Source: Candidatus Sericytochromatia bacterium (GTDB lineage Bacteria > Cyanobacteriota > Sericytochromatia > S15B-MN24 > UBA4093). From it: a stretch of DNA of 64,000 nt. Below are positions 10,429-20,737 of the stretch, in pieces. A program made the position numbers and the translations under genes. The DNA is taken from positions 64,001-128,000 of the forward strand of contig JAKFBU010000027.1 in assembly GCA_036676985.1 (NCBI GenBank). The letters are read 5' to 3'. A model generated the notes under the pieces. The model was given only the letters and a program-made list of their open reading frames with translations. It did no database searches and had not been told where the DNA came from. Each line of letters starts with the position of its first letter. The first letter of the stretch is position 1.

Positions 10429-13236
10429 CTAGGAACCGGGATTGAGCAGCAGAACCCGGACGGCATCCAGGCTGACACGGGCCTCTGATAGGCAGCGCAG
10501 GGTCTCTTGGACCTTCTCGGCGTGGCTTGCCACTTCGGCGGCCGACACGTTTCCGAGGGCATGCAACTCTTCCAATCGGCGCTGCTCCCGGCCGAGGATG
10601 GCCGAGGCCTCGGCCTTGGCGGCCTCCACGTAGGGGCGCAGGCGTGAGTTGGCCTCCTCCTCGCCGATCTCGAGCAATGCCGGCAGCCGGTCGTGCAGCA
10701 TGCCTGCCAACCGGGCCCAGGTCTGGGGATGGAGCGGCTGGAGCTTGGCACCCAGCTCGCGGGCGGGCAGGCGCAGCTCGCCCTGGGCATCGACTGTCAG
10801 GCCAAGGGAGGTGGGCGGCAAGTACCGCGGCAACCCCAATCGTCCGGGCCCCACGGCCTCCAGCAGGAACAGGAACTCGATCCAGACCCCCTGCTCAGGC
10901 GCAGCCGGCCAGAGGGCGACGCTCGCCCGGCCTTCCGCCTGATCCAGCATGAGTCCGAGGGCCCCTTCCACCAGGGGATGGTCGGGGCTCAGGAACTGGA
11001 GGTCCTCTCGGGCGAGCGCGAGGGCCCGGTCATAGGTCGCGAGGAACCCGCCGGTGCGCAGACCCGGAAAGGGATCCACCTTCATGTGGTCGCCCGGGCG
11101 GATCCGGAGGATCAGGGGATCCGCCAGCTCGTCCTCTCGGACGCCGAAATGGTCGAGCAGATCGCTGACGGTCTCCTGAAGGAGAGGGTAATCGAAGGCC
11201 TCCACCTCCCGGACCAGCGACTCGCCGAGCTCTTGGTCGAACGAGTTGAGGTCGATGAGGAAGTCGACGCTCGCCTGCACCACCGACTTATAGCGCTCCA
11301 GGAGGGCTTCGGTGTCGCGCAGGAAGGAGGCCAGCTTGGCAGGGTCCCCCCGACCGGGCTGAGAGGCGCGCAGCACGTCGAGCAGCGATTCGGCCTGCAC
11401 GGCCAACAGGTGCTCTCCCCCAGTCAGCGGGGCCTCGAAGACGCCAAGCGTCCGGTGCCACTGGAACAGGGCCTCTCCCGGCGTGTCCGCGACCAGTGGC
11501 ACGTGGACCTGGATCGTCTCGGTCTGCCCGATCCGGTCCAACCGGCCGATCCGCTGCTCGAGCGCGTCCGGGTGGATCGGCAGGTCGAACATGAGCAGGT
11601 GGTGGCAGAACTGGAAGTTGCGCCCCTCGCCGCCGATCTCGCTGGAGAGGAGGACCCGGGCGCCATCCGGGTCTGTGAAGTAGGCGGCCTGCCGATCCCG
11701 CTCGATGAGGCCGAGCTCTTCGTGAAAGGCCGCCACCTTGCACCCGGTCCGCGTCTTCAGCTGCTTCTCGACCCACTTGACGACGGCGACCGTTGACGCC
11801 ATCACCACGACCTTCTGGCCCTCGAGCTCCTCGAGCTTTCCGATCAACCAGTCCAGTCGGGGGTCGTCCTTGGCGGGGGGCTCTTTCCCCTGGGCCTCGG
11901 GCAAGCCGAGGGTTGCCTCCAGTCCGGCGATTTCCGGCCAGGCCCTGGCCGTCTTCCAGCTCTCCGGCAGCGGCAGCTCGGTCACGTTCAGATTTCGGCC
12001 GGGAAAGCCGCCCAGCTTCTCCCGCCGGTTGCGGATCAGGACGCGCCCCGTGCCGTGCCGATCGATCAGCTGCTGGAGGATCTCGTCGCGCGATGCTCCC
12101 CACCGCACGTCCGGAAAGAGCTCGCGCAGCTCGGCCTCGACCGGCTCGCCTGCGCACAGGCGGCGCGCCAGGTCGGCGACCTCCCGCATGTGTTCGTATT
12201 CGATGCGGAACCGCTCGAAGTCGGCGAAGCGTTCGGGGTCGACGAGCCGCAAGAGCCCGAACTCGGTCTCCAGGCCCTGCCGTAAGGGCGTCGCCGTCAG
12301 CAGGAGTAGCCCCTGACTCTGCCTCGCAAGCGCTTCTACTACCTGGTACTGGCGGCTGCTCTGGCCGGGGGACCAGGCCAGGTGGTGGGCCTCGTCCACG
12401 ATCACCAGATCCCACGGATACTCGAGCGCCTGCTCGAGACGATCCGGCTCGAGGAGCCATTCGACCGGTGCGATGAGGCGTGACGCATCCGCGAAGGGAT
12501 TCTCCGCGCCGATCTCGCCCGGGCGCTTGCCCGGGATCAGCTCGGAGTGGGCCACCGTGAAGAGCTCGTTGAACCGGCGGTAAAGCTCCACCAGCCACTG
12601 GTGGACGAGGCTGACGGGCGTCAGCACCAGGACGCGGTCCGCTCGATCGAGGGCACGCAGTCCCGAGAAGGCGAGGCAGGCCTCGATGGTCTTGCCGAGG
12701 CCCACCTCGTCGGCCAGCAAGGCCCGCGGAAACTCGCGGTTACCGATCTTGTAGGCGATCGCGAGCTGATGCGGCAACAAGGAGACGCGTCCACCCATCA
12801 GGCCGCGGCTCCTCTGCTGCAGGACCTGGGACCTCAGCCTCCAGCCCGACTCGCGCAGGCCGAAGGCCTCGTAGTGGCTGAGCTCGGCGGCATTCAGGCG
12901 TTGCAGCGGATCGTGCGAGGCGCTGGTGTCCGCCAGATCCTGCTCGGGCACCACCAGCCCCTGGCCGTGATAAGTGAGGAGGCCGTCGTCGGTGGCCTCC
13001 ACCCGTTCGACGCGGAAGCTGCGGCCGTCCCTCGTCTGGGCCGCCTGGCCCGCGCTCAGCTCGTGGCGGCGCAAGGGAGCCGTCGCCGGGTTGTAGAGGC
13101 GGCGCTCGCCGGCAGCCGGAAAGAAGATCTGGAGGCTGCGCGGCGTGGGAAAGGCCTCGATGATGCCCAGTCCGAGAGCGGGTTCGGCCTCGCTCCGGAC
13201 TCGCTGGCCAATGGCCCAGTGGAGGATCGGCATCAC
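10429..13236 (-). CDS. rapA: RNA polymerase-associated SNF2 ATPase RapA/HepA
   Basis: N-terminal GQR...E..LGLG, LADEVGLGKT, DEAHHL, SEIGGEGRNFQF, LEQRIGRLDRIGQ. Confidence 0.93.
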   Translation of the reverse strand: MMPILHWAIGQRVRSEAEPALGLGIIEAFPTPRSLQIFFPAAGERRLYNPATAPLRRHELSAGQAAQTRDGRSFRVERVEATDDGLLTYHGQGLVVPEQDLADTSASHDPLQRLNAAELSHYEAFGLRESGWRLRSQVLQQRSRGLMGGRVSLLPHQLAIAYKIGNREFPRALLADEVGLGKTIEACLAFSGLRALDRADRVLVLTPVSLVHQWLVELYRRFNELFTVAHSELIPGKRPGEIGAENPFADASRLIAPVEWLLEPDRLEQALEYPWDLVIVDEAHHLAWSPGQSSRQYQVVEALARQSQGLLLLTATPLRQGLETEFGLLRLVDPERFADFERFRIEYEHMREVADLARRLCAGEPVEAELRELFPDVRWGASRDEILQQLIDRHGTGRVLIRNRREKLGGFPGRNLNVTELPLPESWKTARAWPEIAGLEATLGLPEAQGKEPPAKDDPRLDWLIGKLEELEGQKVVVMASTVAVVKWVEKQLKTRTGCKVAAFHEELGLIERDRQAAYFTDPDGARVLLSSEIGGEGRNFQFCHHLLMFDLPIHPDALEQRIGRLDRIGQTETIQVHVPLVADTPGEALFQWHRTLGVFEAPLTGGEHLLAVQAESLLDVLRASQPGRGDPAKLASFLRDTEALLERYKSVVQASVDFLIDLNSFDQELGESLVREVEAFDYPLLQETVSDLLDHFGVREDELADPLILRIRPGDHMKVDPFPGLRTGGFLATYDRALALAREDLQFLSPDHPLVEGALGLMLDQAEGRASVALWPAAPEQGVWIEFLFLLEAVGPGRLGLPRYLPPTSLGLTVDAQGELRLPARELGAKLQPLHPQTWARLAGMLHDRLPALLEIGEEEANSRLRPYVEAAKAEASAILGREQRRLEELHALGNVSAAEVASHAEKVQETLRCLSEARVSLDAVRVLLLNPGS

Positions 13237-13320
13237 GCGATCTCCGGAAGGGAGGGACCGGGGAGACGGTGTCGAGTGGCGTTGGTCATGCTTGATGCTA
13301 CCACCCGCTTTTGCTCGGCG

Positions 13321-14613
13321 TCACCACGGGGGCCAGCTCGGTTCGAGCGGCTTGCGGGGGAAGCCCATCAGGAACATGTTGAGTAGCGTCAGGTTGGTTA
13401 CCTGTTCGGTCACCAGATTGTAGCAGAGGATCCGGAAGGTGCCGTCCGCAAGCTCGACCGCAAAGAACACGTGGTAAGGGTCGCTTTCCACGAAGGCCGG
13501 AGCCTGGACGTTCACGGCGTCGAGCGCTAGGTTCGCGTAGGGCATCGAGTCCACCAGGCCGGTCCAGAGGTCCAGGGTGAAGAGCCCGCGCCGGGCGGTG
13601 TCGTGCCACACGACGAAGCGCCCCCAGACCGGATCGATGGCGGCGAAGGCGGCGTGGAAGTTGTCGCTGATGGCCGCATTGGGCAGGAGGGCGACCACCT
13701 GGGGGGCGAGCGGAGTGTACAAGTACAGCCCCCCGTCCGTTGTCGTGAAGACGACCGCCGTGTTCGCCCCGTCGACGTTGATGGACGTGAGGCCCCCATG
13801 TCGGACCGCCAGGGCGTTGATCTTGCTCAGAAATCGGGGCTTGGCCAGGTACCAGTCGATCTCGGCGCCCGGCACGACGGTGATACTCGGCGCCGAGGAC
13901 GAGGTGGCGTACTGCGACGCGCTGAACGAGGGGGACGCCGTTTCGCTTGGATCGGGGGAGGGCGAGGCCCCGGGCGAGGGCGACGACGTGGCCTCCTCGC
14001 CCGACCCAGACTCGCCGAAGACGGGTGTCGCGGTCGTTTCGTACTTCACGTAGGCCAGCCCGATGAATTGGGCCGCGAGGGTCGGGTCGCGTTGACCGAG
14101 GAAGTACAGGTGATGGCGGGCGCTGAAGCTCGGAAAGAAGGCGAAGCCGCCCACCTCGTCCCCGTCGACGAGCTTGATCTGCTCTTCACGCCAGGCGTCG
14201 TAGAGAAAGATGTCGCGGACCGTGTCGTAGAAGTACTGGCCCAGGGTCAGGATGCCGACGTTGATGATGCCCGGCCCGACCTGCGGATAGTAGAAGATCT
14301 CCCGACGCGGCACGTCGTAGACCCCGAGCCGCGCGTCCAGCCCCGGCGGAACGGGGAAGGGCACCTGGGTGAAGGGTTCGGGCGAGGCGCTGTAGGTGGC
14401 CGGCATCCCTGCTGGAAGGGGGACCGCCTGCATTCTGCCCGGAGGCCCCTGCACCGGCGTCGCCTGGGGGCCGGTGGCGGGTCCACATGCGGACAGGGCC
14501 AGGAGGAGCAGGGTCATGACCGAGCCGGCTCGTGTCTGGAGTTGCGGGAACCACCTGCGACGTCGGCCCACGGCACCCTCACCCAACTCCGGCATGGAGT
14601 TGAGAGGGAGCAT
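13321..14613 (-). CDS. Hypothetical lipoprotein, beta-rich, with a Ser/Pro low-complexity insert
   Basis: Lipobox LSAC; SPSPGASPSPDPS tract; start position uncertain. Confidence 0.7.
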   Translation of the reverse strand: MLPLNSMPELGEGAVGRRRRWFPQLQTRAGSVMTLLLLALSACGPATGPQATPVQGPPGRMQAVPLPAGMPATYSASPEPFTQVPFPVPPGLDARLGVYDVPRREIFYYPQVGPGIINVGILTLGQYFYDTVRDIFLYDAWREEQIKLVDGDEVGGFAFFPSFSARHHLYFLGQRDPTLAAQFIGLAYVKYETTATPVFGESGSGEEATSSPSPGASPSPDPSETASPSFSASQYATSSSAPSITVVPGAEIDWYLAKPRFLSKINALAVRHGGLTSINVDGANTAVVFTTTDGGLYLYTPLAPQVVALLPNAAISDNFHAAFAAIDPVWGRFVVWHDTARRGLFTLDLWTGLVDSMPYANLALDAVNVQAPAFVESDPYHVFFAVELADGTFRILCYNLVTEQVTNLTLLNMFLMGFPRKPLEPSWPPW

Positions 14614-14825
14614 AAGCGATCAGGCGAGCCTTGGGATCGGACGGCTTGACCGCAGTTCTTGAACGGTTGCTTCAGGCGGGCAACTGGTACCCACGCTCGG
14701 CGCTTTTGCATCGAGCCGTTGCCTGTTTCTGCTCTTGAGTCATTGGATGCTTGATAGTATGTGTTTAAACGGCGAAACGAGTCATGTTCAACTCCCATGA
14801 ACCGTCACAGCGGAGAAAGGCCCCC

Positions 14826-15680
14826 ATGAGCACAGCGTTCGAGACGATGACGCCGGCGGAGCAGGAGCGGTTTCGCGCCGCCTATCTGGCGTATCTGAGA
14901 GGCCGGGACGGGATTCCCGACATGCGGACCCAGCGCTTCGACGTCCGCGAGCGGTTCTTCGCCGAGCTGGATGCGAACCCCAGCTGCTGGGTCGGCCCCA
15001 TGCCGGTGGATCAGGCGGTCTTCGACCGCAATCACGACCGGCGCATGCCCGAGCCGAACCTCGACGAGGCGACGCTCTGGGCGCTCGCCACGGCGAAGAC
15101 CAACCGCGCCGAGCGCTACGGCGTCGAGTACGCGCTGAGCTTCAACAGTCCCCAGCTCGATGCGGCGACCGATCCGCATGCCTACATCCAGATCGAGGAG
15201 TTCTACCACACCCGCATCCTCCGGGATGCGCTCGCCACCATCGGTCTGCGGATGGAGATGGGCAAGCCCGCCCTCACGACGCGCGCCATGGTGCGGGCGA
15301 TGGTGCGGTTGCCCGACCAGTACGCCAACGTCATCGTGCTGTGCGGCGAGATCATCGGCGTGGCGATCTTCGGGCTGCTGCTCGAGAAGGCTCGCGAGCT
15401 GTTTGCCGGCCAACCCAAGGCCCTCGAGCGGATCGAGACCCTGTTCGCCCAGATCATGGTGGACGAGGTGGGTCACGTCCACTTCGTCCGCAGCGGCCTG
15501 GGCGCCTTGCAGCTGGCATGCGCCCGTCAGCTGCTGCCCGTCGTCGCCTGGGGCCTCCTGGCCGACTCCCCGGAGTTCACCCTGCTGTTCGGCCGGGACA
15601 CGATCATGCGCCGCATCATGGCCGCGGACGTGGACGGCGCCGCCGCTACCTATGCGGACCGCTTCGTCTTCGCTGCCTAG
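14826..15680 (+). CDS. Ferritin-like di-iron carboxylate protein
   Basis: E...EEFYH...E...DEVGH ligand pattern; AAAGG RBS. Confidence 0.75.
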   Translation: MSTAFETMTPAEQERFRAAYLAYLRGRDGIPDMRTQRFDVRERFFAELDANPSCWVGPMPVDQAVFDRNHDRRMPEPNLDEATLWALATAKTNRAERYGVEYALSFNSPQLDAATDPHAYIQIEEFYHTRILRDALATIGLRMEMGKPALTTRAMVRAMVRLPDQYANVIVLCGEIIGVAIFGLLLEKARELFAGQPKALERIETLFAQIMVDEVGHVHFVRSGLGALQLACARQLLPVVAWGLLADSPEFTLLFGRDTIMRRIMAADVDGAAATYADRFVFAA

Positions 15681-15718
15681 CGATTCGTCGATTCCGGCGA
15701 CGATCGGCTGGCAGGACG

Positions 15719-16537
15719 CTAGTCCTTCAAACCGGTCGTCGCCACTCCCTTGATGAAGTAGCGCTGGAAGATCACGAACACCAGGAGCACGGGCAAGGTG
15801 TTGAACATGGACCCCGCCATGATGAGGGTCCACTTGGTGATGTAGAGCCCCTTGAAGAAGTTGAGCCCGATGGGCAGCGTGAACAGCTCGGGGGAGTTGA
15901 GGACGATGAGGGGCCACGAGAAGCCATTCCAGCTCCCCATGAAGCTGGTGATGGTGATGGTGGCGAGGACCGGGCCGCTCAGGGGCACGATCAGCCAGCG
16001 GAACATGCCGTAGCGCGAGAGCCCGTCGAGGGTGGCGGCCTCTTCCAGCTCCCGGGGCAGGGCCTTGAGGAACTGCGCGACCATGAACGTCCCGGAGGCC
16101 AGGCTGCCGACCACGCCCGGCAGGAGTCCCCAGTACGTGTTCACCCAGCCCAGGTGGGCGAGCGTGGAGTAGTTGGGGATCCAGAGCACCTGCCCCGGGA
16201 TCATCATCGAGCCCAGCAGGCACAGGAAGAGGACCTGGCGCCCGGGGAAGGCGATCCGCGCGAGGGCGAAGCCCCCCATCATGCAGACCAGCACGATGCC
16301 GACGACCGACACGGCGGCGACGAGCAAGCTGTTGAGCACCCATTGCAGGAACAGGGGCGTCGTCTGCACGATCCCCCGGTAGTTCTCCAGGGTCCAGGGA
16401 TCGGGCCAGAGGCCGGGCGCGAAGGCCTTGCTCGGATCCTTGAGGGACGTGAGCAGGGCGAAGACGAAGGGGAACATCGACGTGACGGCGAAGAGCAACA
16501 GCAGCGCGTAGAACGGGATCTGCTTGAGGTAGCGCAT
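15719..16537 (-). CDS. Carbohydrate ABC transporter permease (MalG type)
   Basis: EAA loop LPRELEEAATLDG; TM helices. Confidence 0.95.
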   Translation of the reverse strand: MRYLKQIPFYALLLLFAVTSMFPFVFALLTSLKDPSKAFAPGLWPDPWTLENYRGIVQTTPLFLQWVLNSLLVAAVSVVGIVLVCMMGGFALARIAFPGRQVLFLCLLGSMMIPGQVLWIPNYSTLAHLGWVNTYWGLLPGVVGSLASGTFMVAQFLKALPRELEEAATLDGLSRYGMFRWLIVPLSGPVLATITITSFMGSWNGFSWPLIVLNSPELFTLPIGLNFFKGLYITKWTLIMAGSMFNTLPVLLVFVIFQRYFIKGVATTGLKD

Positions 16538-16541
16538 CCTA

Positions 16542-17435
16542 TTACTCCCCCATCAACCGCTTCTGGGCCATGGTGGCAAGGAAGATCAGCGTCGACAGGG
16601 CCACGGCGATTGCGCAGGCATAGCCCATGTTGAACTGCACGAAGGCCTCGGTGTAGAGCAGGTAGGCCATCGTCATGGTGGACTTGAGGGGGCCGCCGTT
16701 GGTCATGACGAAGACCTGGTCGAAGACCTGGAAGGACCCGATGAGTCCCATGGTCGTCACGTAGAACACCGTCGGCTTCAAGAGCGGCAGCGTGATGAAC
16801 CAGAACTGGGCCCAGGGACCGGCTCCGTCCAGCCGCGCGACCTCGTAGAGGGTCTCGGGGATGTCCTGCAGCCCGGCGAGGAGGACGATCATGAAGAAGC
16901 CGGCCGTCGACCAGACGTTCATGGCCATGAGGGACGGCAGGGCCGTGTGCATGTTGCCCAGCCAGTCGACGGGGACGGCGAGTCCCGCAAGGGCCAGCAG
17001 GCGATCCAGGCGCAGCCAGGCCAAGGCCTGGTTGAGGATGCCGTTCTTGAAGAAGAGGAACATGAAGATGAGCGAGATGGCCACGGAGCTGGTCACGGAG
17101 GGCAGGAAGTAGATGACCCGAAAGACGGGCTTGCCCCGGATGCTCTGGTCCATCATGAGGGCCAGGAGCAGCGCCAGCACCGTCTGGCAGATCACGACGC
17201 CCACGGCGTAGAAGACCGTGTTCTTGAGGCTGATCCAGAAGTCTCCCTGCTGGAGCAGCTGGCGGTAGTTCTCGAGGCCGATCCAGAGGGGCTCCGAGAA
17301 GAGGTCGTAGGAGTGGAACGAGAGCCAGAGCGCGTTGAGGAGGGGCCAGAGGACGAACGCCAACAGCAACAGCATGAAGGGAGACAGGAAGACGAGGGCG
17401 GCAACGGTCTCCGCCAGGTGCCTTCGGAGGTTCAT
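16542..17435 (-). CDS. Carbohydrate ABC transporter permease (MalF type)
   Basis: GLENY, LAGLQDIPETLYEVARLDGA, TNGGP; AAGGAGG RBS before ATG 17435. Confidence 0.95.
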   Translation of the reverse strand: MNLRRHLAETVAALVFLSPFMLLLLAFVLWPLLNALWLSFHSYDLFSEPLWIGLENYRQLLQQGDFWISLKNTVFYAVGVVICQTVLALLLALMMDQSIRGKPVFRVIYFLPSVTSSVAISLIFMFLFFKNGILNQALAWLRLDRLLALAGLAVPVDWLGNMHTALPSLMAMNVWSTAGFFMIVLLAGLQDIPETLYEVARLDGAGPWAQFWFITLPLLKPTVFYVTTMGLIGSFQVFDQVFVMTNGGPLKSTMTMAYLLYTEAFVQFNMGYACAIAVALSTLIFLATMAQKRLMGE

Positions 17436-17454
17436 CCGGCAGTCCTCCTTTCCA

Positions 17455-18708
17455 CTAGAGCTGGCCGAGCCGGTCAATGTCCCGGGCGGCGTCCTCGAGG
17501 GCCCGTCGTGCCGACTTGACCCCCAAGAGGACCTCTTGCATCGCAACCCCCAGGCGCTCGTTGATCCGGGGCCCATGGGGGCCGAAGTCGAACGGCTGGG
17601 CGTAGGCGGCGGCCTCGAGGATGGGGCGGTATTCGGGGTGGGCCTCGACGTAGGTCCGGCTGATCGCGCGCCGGCTGGGCAGGGCGAAGGTGATCTGCGC
17701 CTGTGCCTCCGCGCTGGTCAGGAACTCGATGAGCTGCCAGGCCTCTGCGGCGTGCTTCGAGCTCTGGGGGATGACGTAGGCCACGGTGAACAGAAAGTTG
17801 CTCCGACCGGCGGGGCCTCGGGGCAGCGGAGCGATCCCGTAGGGCAGCTTCGGGAAGGTGGTCTGGAGGTAGGGCGTCAGCCAGGAGCCTTCGAAGGCCA
17901 TGGCCGCGTCCTGGCGACCGAACGCGTCCCCGGACCAGCTGCTGCCCACCTCCGACGGAAAGATGGCGGCCTGGTCCTCGAGCTTGAGGCTGGCATAGAA
18001 CTCGAGCGCGCGGATGCCCGCGGGGCTTGCGATCGCGCACTTGCCGTCGGGTCCGAAGAGCCTGGCTCCGAACGTGTAGGCGATCGGAAGGAAACGGTCG
18101 GGCGTGTCCGGGACGAGGGCAAAGCCGTACTGGGGCTTGTTTCCGACGTGCCGGGTCAAGGTCTTTGCGGCGGCACGGAAGTCTTCGAGATCCCAGCGCG
18201 CGTCCGGGTAGTCGAGCCCCGCCCGGTCGAAGCTCTCGCGGTTGTAATAGAGGCCCAGGGCGTTGAAGTCCTTGGGGATGCCGTAGATCGTGCCCTGGTG
18301 GCTGAAGGCGCTCACCAGGGACGGGATGAAGTCGGAGGCCCGGACGGAGGAGGTGGCCATCAGCTCGTCGAGCGGCCGCAGGATCTTTCGCTTGGCGAGA
18401 AACGGCTTGAAATACAGGATGTCGAGGTAAAGCACGTCCGGCGCCGCCCCGCTCGCCAGCATGGTGAGGACCTTGGGGTAGTAGGAGCCGGGAATGGGCT
18501 CGTAGCGCGCATGGATCCGCCCCTGGGCGCGGTTGAAGTCCCCCACCAGCTTTTGCATGAGGACCGTCTCGGCCGGGTTGCCGGCATAGCCCGAGAATCG
18601 GATCGCGACCTTGTCCGCCGATTCCGTGTCGGCGGACCGGCAGCCGGACAGGACGGCCAGGAGGACGATGAGCGGGGTCAAGATTCTGGAACCGAGTAGC
18701 GGGGGCAT
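17455..18708 (-). CDS. Sugar ABC transporter substrate-binding lipoprotein
   Basis: Lipobox LSGC; APDV, YGIP, LYYNRE motifs. Confidence 0.93.
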   Translation of the reverse strand: MPPLLGSRILTPLIVLLAVLSGCRSADTESADKVAIRFSGYAGNPAETVLMQKLVGDFNRAQGRIHARYEPIPGSYYPKVLTMLASGAAPDVLYLDILYFKPFLAKRKILRPLDELMATSSVRASDFIPSLVSAFSHQGTIYGIPKDFNALGLYYNRESFDRAGLDYPDARWDLEDFRAAAKTLTRHVGNKPQYGFALVPDTPDRFLPIAYTFGARLFGPDGKCAIASPAGIRALEFYASLKLEDQAAIFPSEVGSSWSGDAFGRQDAAMAFEGSWLTPYLQTTFPKLPYGIAPLPRGPAGRSNFLFTVAYVIPQSSKHAAEAWQLIEFLTSAEAQAQITFALPSRRAISRTYVEAHPEYRPILEAAAYAQPFDFGPHGPRINERLGVAMQEVLLGVKSARRALEDAARDIDRLGQL

Positions 18709-19066
18709 AGGACCTCGAAGGGGTACTCAGCCGGCCTTTGGCATCCCTGACGGAGCGACGTTACCATGGCGATGCCCCGCCGCACTTGACCATGAGTGAC
18801 GGGATCCTGGAGCGGTCAGGTGAGAGACGTCGGGCCGCTCCCGGGCCCCCCTCGCGTCGCCCGCTGCGAACCTGAGACCGTCCGCCCGTCGCTTGGCTGG
18901 AAATCGGCGGCGACTCGCCATACAATGCTCCATCCGGCCATGCCACCGTGCGGTCCCAGGACGGAAGGTGGAGGGGCCGACATTCCTGGTCGGGCGCTGG
19001 TAGCAGGCTTGCCAAGCGCCGGTTCCCCGCATCGCTGCTTCATCGTCAAGAAGAGAGGGTCACCCG

Positions 19067-20116
19067 ATGGTACGAACTCCCGCCTATGCCGCCACAGCCC
19101 CGACGTCGCCCCTGGCCCCCCTCACCATCGAACGCCGACTGCCCGGCCCGCGCGACGTCTTGATCGACATCCAGTTCTGCGGCGTGTGCCACTCGGACAT
19201 CCACAGCGCCCGCGACGAGTGGGGCGGCGCCATGTACCCGATGGTCCCCGGCCACGAGATCGTGGGCAAGGTCGCGCAGGTGGGCGACCAGGTCACGAAG
19301 TGGAAGGTCGGTGACACCGTGGGCGTGGGGTGCTTCGTCGACTCCTGCCGGTCCTGCGAGGCATGCGAGGCGGGCGAGGAGCAGTACTGCGCCAAGGGCA
19401 TGACCACGACCTACAACAGCTACGAGCGGGGGAGCAAGACGCCCACCTACGGCGGCTACTCGACCCACATCACGGTGGACCAGGACTACGTGCTGCGCGT
19501 GCCGGAGAGCCTTCCGCTCGAGCAGGCGGCGCCCTTGCTCTGCGCGGGGATCACCACCTACTCGCCCCTGAAGCACTTCGGGGTCAAGGCGGGCGATCGC
19601 GTCGCCGTCGTGGGCCTGGGCGGACTCGGCCACATGGCCGTCAAGCTCGCCAAGTCCATGGGTGCGCACGTCACGGTGCTGAGCCAGTCTCCGAAGAAGA
19701 AGGAAGACGCCGGGCGCCTGGGAGCCGACGATTTCATCTCGACCAAGGATCCGGCGGCCTTTTCCTCGAACGCCAAGCGCTTCGACTTCATCCTCGACAC
19801 GGTATCCGCGCAGCACGACTACAACGACTACCTGACCCTGCTCAAGCGGGACGGCACCATGGTGCTGGTCGGCCTGCCCGACCCCGCGCCGCTGGACGCC
19901 TCGGCGCTCATCATGGGCCGGCGGCGACTGGCGGGCTCGCTCATCGGCGGCATCAAGGAGACCCAGGAGATGCTCGACTTCTGTGCCGAGCGGGGCGTGG
20001 CCGCCGACGTGGAGGTGATCCCCATCCAGCAGATCAACGAGGCCTACGAACGCATGATCAAGGGCGACGTGCGCTACCGCTTCGTCATCGACCTGGCGAG
20101 TCTCCAGGAGGCCTAG
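19067..20116 (+). CDS. Zn-dependent NADP(H) alcohol/aldehyde dehydrogenase (YahK/cinnamyl type)
   Basis: CGVCHSD, GHEIVG, structural Zn CxxCxxC, APLLCAGITT, GLGGLGH, RYRFVID. Confidence 0.95.
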   Translation: MVRTPAYAATAPTSPLAPLTIERRLPGPRDVLIDIQFCGVCHSDIHSARDEWGGAMYPMVPGHEIVGKVAQVGDQVTKWKVGDTVGVGCFVDSCRSCEACEAGEEQYCAKGMTTTYNSYERGSKTPTYGGYSTHITVDQDYVLRVPESLPLEQAAPLLCAGITTYSPLKHFGVKAGDRVAVVGLGGLGHMAVKLAKSMGAHVTVLSQSPKKKEDAGRLGADDFISTKDPAAFSSNAKRFDFILDTVSAQHDYNDYLTLLKRDGTMVLVGLPDPAPLDASALIMGRRRLAGSLIGGIKETQEMLDFCAERGVAADVEVIPIQQINEAYERMIKGDVRYRFVIDLASLQEA

Positions 20117-20148
20117 GCTTCAAGGCGGTTCTGGAAGCCCGCCATGAG

Positions 20149-20178
20149 GCATCCCCGGTCCTGCCGGACCGGGGATGC
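20149..20178. terminator. 13-bp hairpin after the dehydrogenase
   Basis: GCATCCCCGGTCC-TGCC-GGACCGGGGATGC; no T tract. Confidence 0.55.
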
Positions 20179-20224
20179 TGAGGACACCGAGCGGTAGTCA
20201 AGTTCGAAGGTGGGAGCCCGGCAG

Positions 20225-20737
20225 ATGGTGACCAGGCGAGAATTCATCCGTTTGGGCGCGCTGTTGCTGGCCAGTGGCCTGGTACCGGGCTGCCGAAATG
20301 GCAAGTCTTCCGTCGTGGGCGCGACCAGCGCTTAGCGAGCGGTCAATGCGGCCCGCCAGTATGCCGGGACGACGCTCACGGTGGCATGGGAGGCGGGGCC
20401 CAGGCCATGGACCTGCGCCACTTCGCCGGGCCGCGCTGGGAAGCGTTGACCGGCATCCGGATCAACCTGGTCGAAATGACCAAGCGCGCGGAGAAGTTCC
20501 GGCGCCTCGAGGCCGAGCATCGGGCCGGGACCGCCGCCTTCGACGGTGCCTCGATCGCTCCGGCCTGGATGCCGGACCTGCTCGCTGCGAACGCGCTGGA
20601 ACCGCTGGACGATTACGTCTCTCGCTACGAGGTTGCGGCCGACCGCGAGGACTACCTCCCCCCGTACCGTTCGTTCGGCACGTGGAACGGCAAGACCTAC
20701 GGCCTCTTCGACGACGGCGACCTGCTCCTGCTCTACA
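20225..20737 (+). pseudogene. Truncated Tat-lipoprotein sugar solute-binding protein remnant
   Basis: MVTRREFIRLG...PGC signal; TAG at 20333; continues RAVNAARQYAGTTLTVAWEAG; 1-nt frameshift near 20400; continues QAMDLRHFAGPRWEALTGIRINLVE...YGLFDDGDLLLLY, then similarity ends. Confidence 0.8.

Noticed and set aside
14614-14825. Sigma54 promoter in the divergent intergenic region
   Set aside because: GG and GC elements are not at the required 10-nt spacing on either strand
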